Shown here one piece after another: positions 61,574-64,000 of a stretch of DNA of 64,000 nt. The position numbers were made by a program, and so were the translations under genes. Position 1 is the first letter of the stretch. Every line of letters starts with the position of its first letter. Source of the DNA: Trichomonas gallinae (taxonomy: Eukaryota). Under the pieces are notes generated by a model, which was not told where the DNA came from, ran no database searches, and worked only from the letters and a program-made list of their open reading frames with translations. Location: the NCBI GenBank assembly GCA_008369845.1, contig MRSU01000672.1:1-64000 (forward strand), read 5' to 3'.

Positions 61574-64000
61574 TCAAATAACTTTGTGTTTTCCTGAGTT
61601 TGGTGAAATAATTCTTGGCTTCTGTGAGTTCCTTAGTAGCTTGGATTCTGGCCTCTTCTTTGTGTCTCCACCAGGCATTGACTGTCTTGTAGTTTGCAAT
61701 TGCATTAGTCTGCTTCCAGCTGTAATTGTTGGCGGTACATATTCTGGTGTCTTTCCAACGACATCATACAGGAATTGTGCATCGAGAGTGTCAATGACCA
61801 AAACGCCGCGGAGAACTTTACCGTACATCTTCGGCGCGAAAACAATCTTGATTGGAGTCTCTGTGCCCGGTCCTGGCCCTGGCTCGATGAAACCATGCTC
61901 AGGAACAGCAGAGAACTCGCTTGCACTTCCAGCAATCATGTAGGCATGGAATGGAGTTTGCATTCTAAATGTTGTAGGAATTGTCACTGAAGCTTCGCCA
62001 GTCTTGTTAAGCAAAGATTCAATTTGAAGCGTGTCTATTGGTTTTCCACGCTCAGCAACACAAGATAAGTCAAACTGCCATTCTTGGCCAAGTGGATTCT
62101 TCACTCTCAGCTGAGCAGATCCGTTGCATGGCCTCATAGGAGTGAAATTGACGTTCACCATCAGCTCTGGAGAATCTCCATCTCTTAGAACCTCTGTCGG
62201 CTTGATGTCAAGAATCTGACGGAGGAACTCATGCTGTTGTTGTAGGATGATGTTAACAGTGTACTCGCTTGCCTGGAACTCTTCTGTTTCACCAACAAGC
62301 TGGAAAGTGAGATTTGACGACGAGAATTCGTTCGCGCGTGCTCTGATGACTTTGGCTTCAACAGCTGCGGAAATTGTGTTACCAATTACTGGGAAGATCC
62401 ATCTGACACTGCTGAGGAGCGCAGTATTGTCTGGAAGATCTCCACGTGCTGGGCCAGCAAATGTAACAATGATGTGTGCAGTGAATTGTCCTCTTTGTGT
62501 TGGTGTGAAAGTAAATGGAACTTGGTATTCTTCACCGAACCACTCGAGTGTGAAAAGCTTCTTGCGGACTAAGAACTGGAAGACACCTTCTTCGCATTCA
62601 CTGTCTATCGAAATATTGAACCTGCATGGATAAGGGAATGGATTGTTGAAGAGAACTAAAGCACTCATTGGAACGCCAATCTGCGATGAAACAATTGTCG
62701 GCGAATACGGCTGTGGTGGTTTGCCACTGCCGCTCAATGAGTAAGTCCAGTCGCCGACATCCTGAGAAAGGAATGAGATCTCGGCTGTCTCTTTCTGGCC
62801 TACTGATGTTGGAATGTACCTGATTTCAACTCTGCGCTTTTCGAGTGGCAGAAGTTGGATGGATCTCTTCGCCATGACTTGGAATGCAGTTGGGTTGCTG
62901 TTCTCTACTCTTACTGACGCTCCTTTAGTTAATGGGTTCTCAAGAGTGATTGTTGTAGATGCAAATTTGCCGAGAGGAGAAACAAGAGGAGCCAATGTTT
63001 GTCCTGGTGCTTCTGTTGCAGTGATCTTCAAAGCGTACCAGAACTCGCTGTCATCGTCTGAATAGAAGTAAACACTTGAAGCTCTTGTCATAGCTTTGAG
63101 AGGAGAGACAACGAGTTCGTATGTCATTGTTTCATGAGGTGGAACAGAAAATTCTTTGAGACCGAACAAATCATCGTCAGACAAAACAACTGTAAAGTTC
63201 GTGATTTTGTCCTTAGGGTTCTGAATCTTGATGGAAACTGTTGCACTCTTTCTCGCTGATGTATTGACAGTGATTGTTTGTTCAGGTGCTGGAGAATCAA
63301 CATGAATTTCAACAACATACCAGATGTAATTTCCTGTCGTGGAATCTGTGAATGTCAATGTACCTGCAGAAACACCGCTGCGCTGTGCGATGACATTGAA
63401 CTTGAAAGGCTCTGTGAGATTTCCATTCTCGAAGTTCACAAGTGGCTTGAAAGTTATGATAGGGACAGTTGTTGTAACTTTAACTTGTCCGTTCTTCACG
63501 AATGATTTCACTGGGACTTCGTATTCGAATGGAACTCTAGCCTTGCAGTTGACATTGATCTTCTTCTCGGCCGGAGGTTCATCTGCTACACCAGTAAGTT
63601 TGTAGATAACTGTGGCTTCCGAGCTTGCGTTCGTGAGCATCAATTCGCCTTTGAATGAGCCAACTCTAAGCGGAGTGAAGTTGACTGTCATGTTTCCTGT
63701 AGTACATGGCTTGACAGAAACTCTTTGCGGAGCCGAGAAGACAGAATCTCCTGATGTTGTGACCTTGAAGTTCCAAACTTCATCTGATGGATTCGTCAGA
63801 GGAATGTCTTGGTGTACTTGTCTTCCTGAAACTGTCGAAAACTCAATGGACATCTCTTTGACTGCTGGAATGGCTGTAGCAGATGCCTTCAAAAGCCTGA
63901 TATCGTTGTTAGATGTTAAAACGATTTTAACTGGATACTCGCCGGCCTTTGATGGCTTGAATGTTATCGGCAAAGCATTTGGCTTGTTCTTTGGATCTGG
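61574..64000 (-). CDS. CFAP47: CFAP47-like cilia/flagella protein (tandem Ig-like/ASH domains), 5'-truncated by the window edge
   Basis: Repeating beta-sandwich units with IPLTNP/IQNP/LENP/FNNP motifs and YIWYVVEI / EFWYALKI segments; the reading frame stays open to position 64000. Confidence 0.75.
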   Translation of the reverse strand, partial: PDPKNKPNALPITFKPSKAGEYPVKIVLTSNNDIRLLKASATAIPAVKEMSIEFSTVSGRQVHQDIPLTNPSDEVWNFKVTTSGDSVFSAPQRVSVKPCTTGNMTVNFTPLRVGSFKGELMLTNASSEATVIYKLTGVADEPPAEKKINVNCKARVPFEYEVPVKSFVKNGQVKVTTTVPIITFKPLVNFENGNLTEPFKFNVIAQRSGVSAGTLTFTDSTTGNYIWYVVEIHVDSPAPEQTITVNTSARKSATVSIKIQNPKDKITNFTVVLSDDDLFGLKEFSVPPHETMTYELVVSPLKAMTRASSVYFYSDDDSEFWYALKITATEAPGQTLAPLVSPLGKFASTTITLENPLTKGASVRVENSNPTAFQVMAKRSIQLLPLEKRRVEIRYIPTSVGQKETAEISFLSQDVGDWTYSLSGSGKPPQPYSPTIVSSQIGVPMSALVLFNNPFPYPCRFNISIDSECEEGVFQFLVRKKLFTLEWFGEEYQVPFTFTPTQRGQFTAHIIVTFAGPARGDLPDNTALLSSVRWIFPVIGNTISAAVEAKVIRARANEFSSSNLTFQLVGETEEFQASEYTVNIILQQQHEFLRQILDIKPTEVLRDGDSPELMVNVNFTPMRPCNGSAQLRVKNPLGQEWQFDLSCVAERGKPIDTLQIESLLNKTGEASVTIPTTFRMQTPFHAYMIAGSASEFSAVPEHGFIEPGPGPGTETPIKIVFAPKMYGKVLRGVLVIDTLDAQFLYDVVGKTPEYVPPTITAGSRLMQLQTTRQSMPGGDTKKRPESKLLRNSQKPRIISPNSGKHKVI

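Overview
AT-rich, gene-dense eukaryotic DNA with no visible introns. It is most consistent with a parabasalid protist (Trichomonas vaginalis or a close relative): TCATTTT initiator-type, AAAGTGAC and CCTTT core-promoter motifs sit just upstream of ATGs, and there is ankyrin-pseudogene debris. About 28 intact CDSs are present. Recognisable ones are RPS19, RNase H2B, a nucleoplasmin-like protein, UTP18, ABCE1/RLI1, a Sin3-like protein, an SF1/BBP-like protein, a 4,300-aa cytoplasmic dynein-1 heavy chain, a GEX1/Kar5/Brambleberry-type protein, an OCRL-like 5-phosphatase, a CAMK-group kinase, an importin-beta-like protein, a bacterial-type GH16 and the 3' part of a CFAP47-like gene. Most notable observations: (1) a karyogamy-factor homolog; (2) a dynein-1 whose AAA3 site has lost three catalytic elements; (3) a structured ~190-nt intergenic island that looks like an unannotated ncRNA; (4) a broken gene resembling phage baseplate/tail-fibre C-termini behind a host-type initiator; (5) two adjacent pseudo-enzymes; (6) a recurrent intergenic TTACATG(A/T)CA motif. 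All assignments come from motif recognition by eye; no searches were run. I see no multi-gene novel system, and no CRISPR, rRNA, tRNA or intact transposon.
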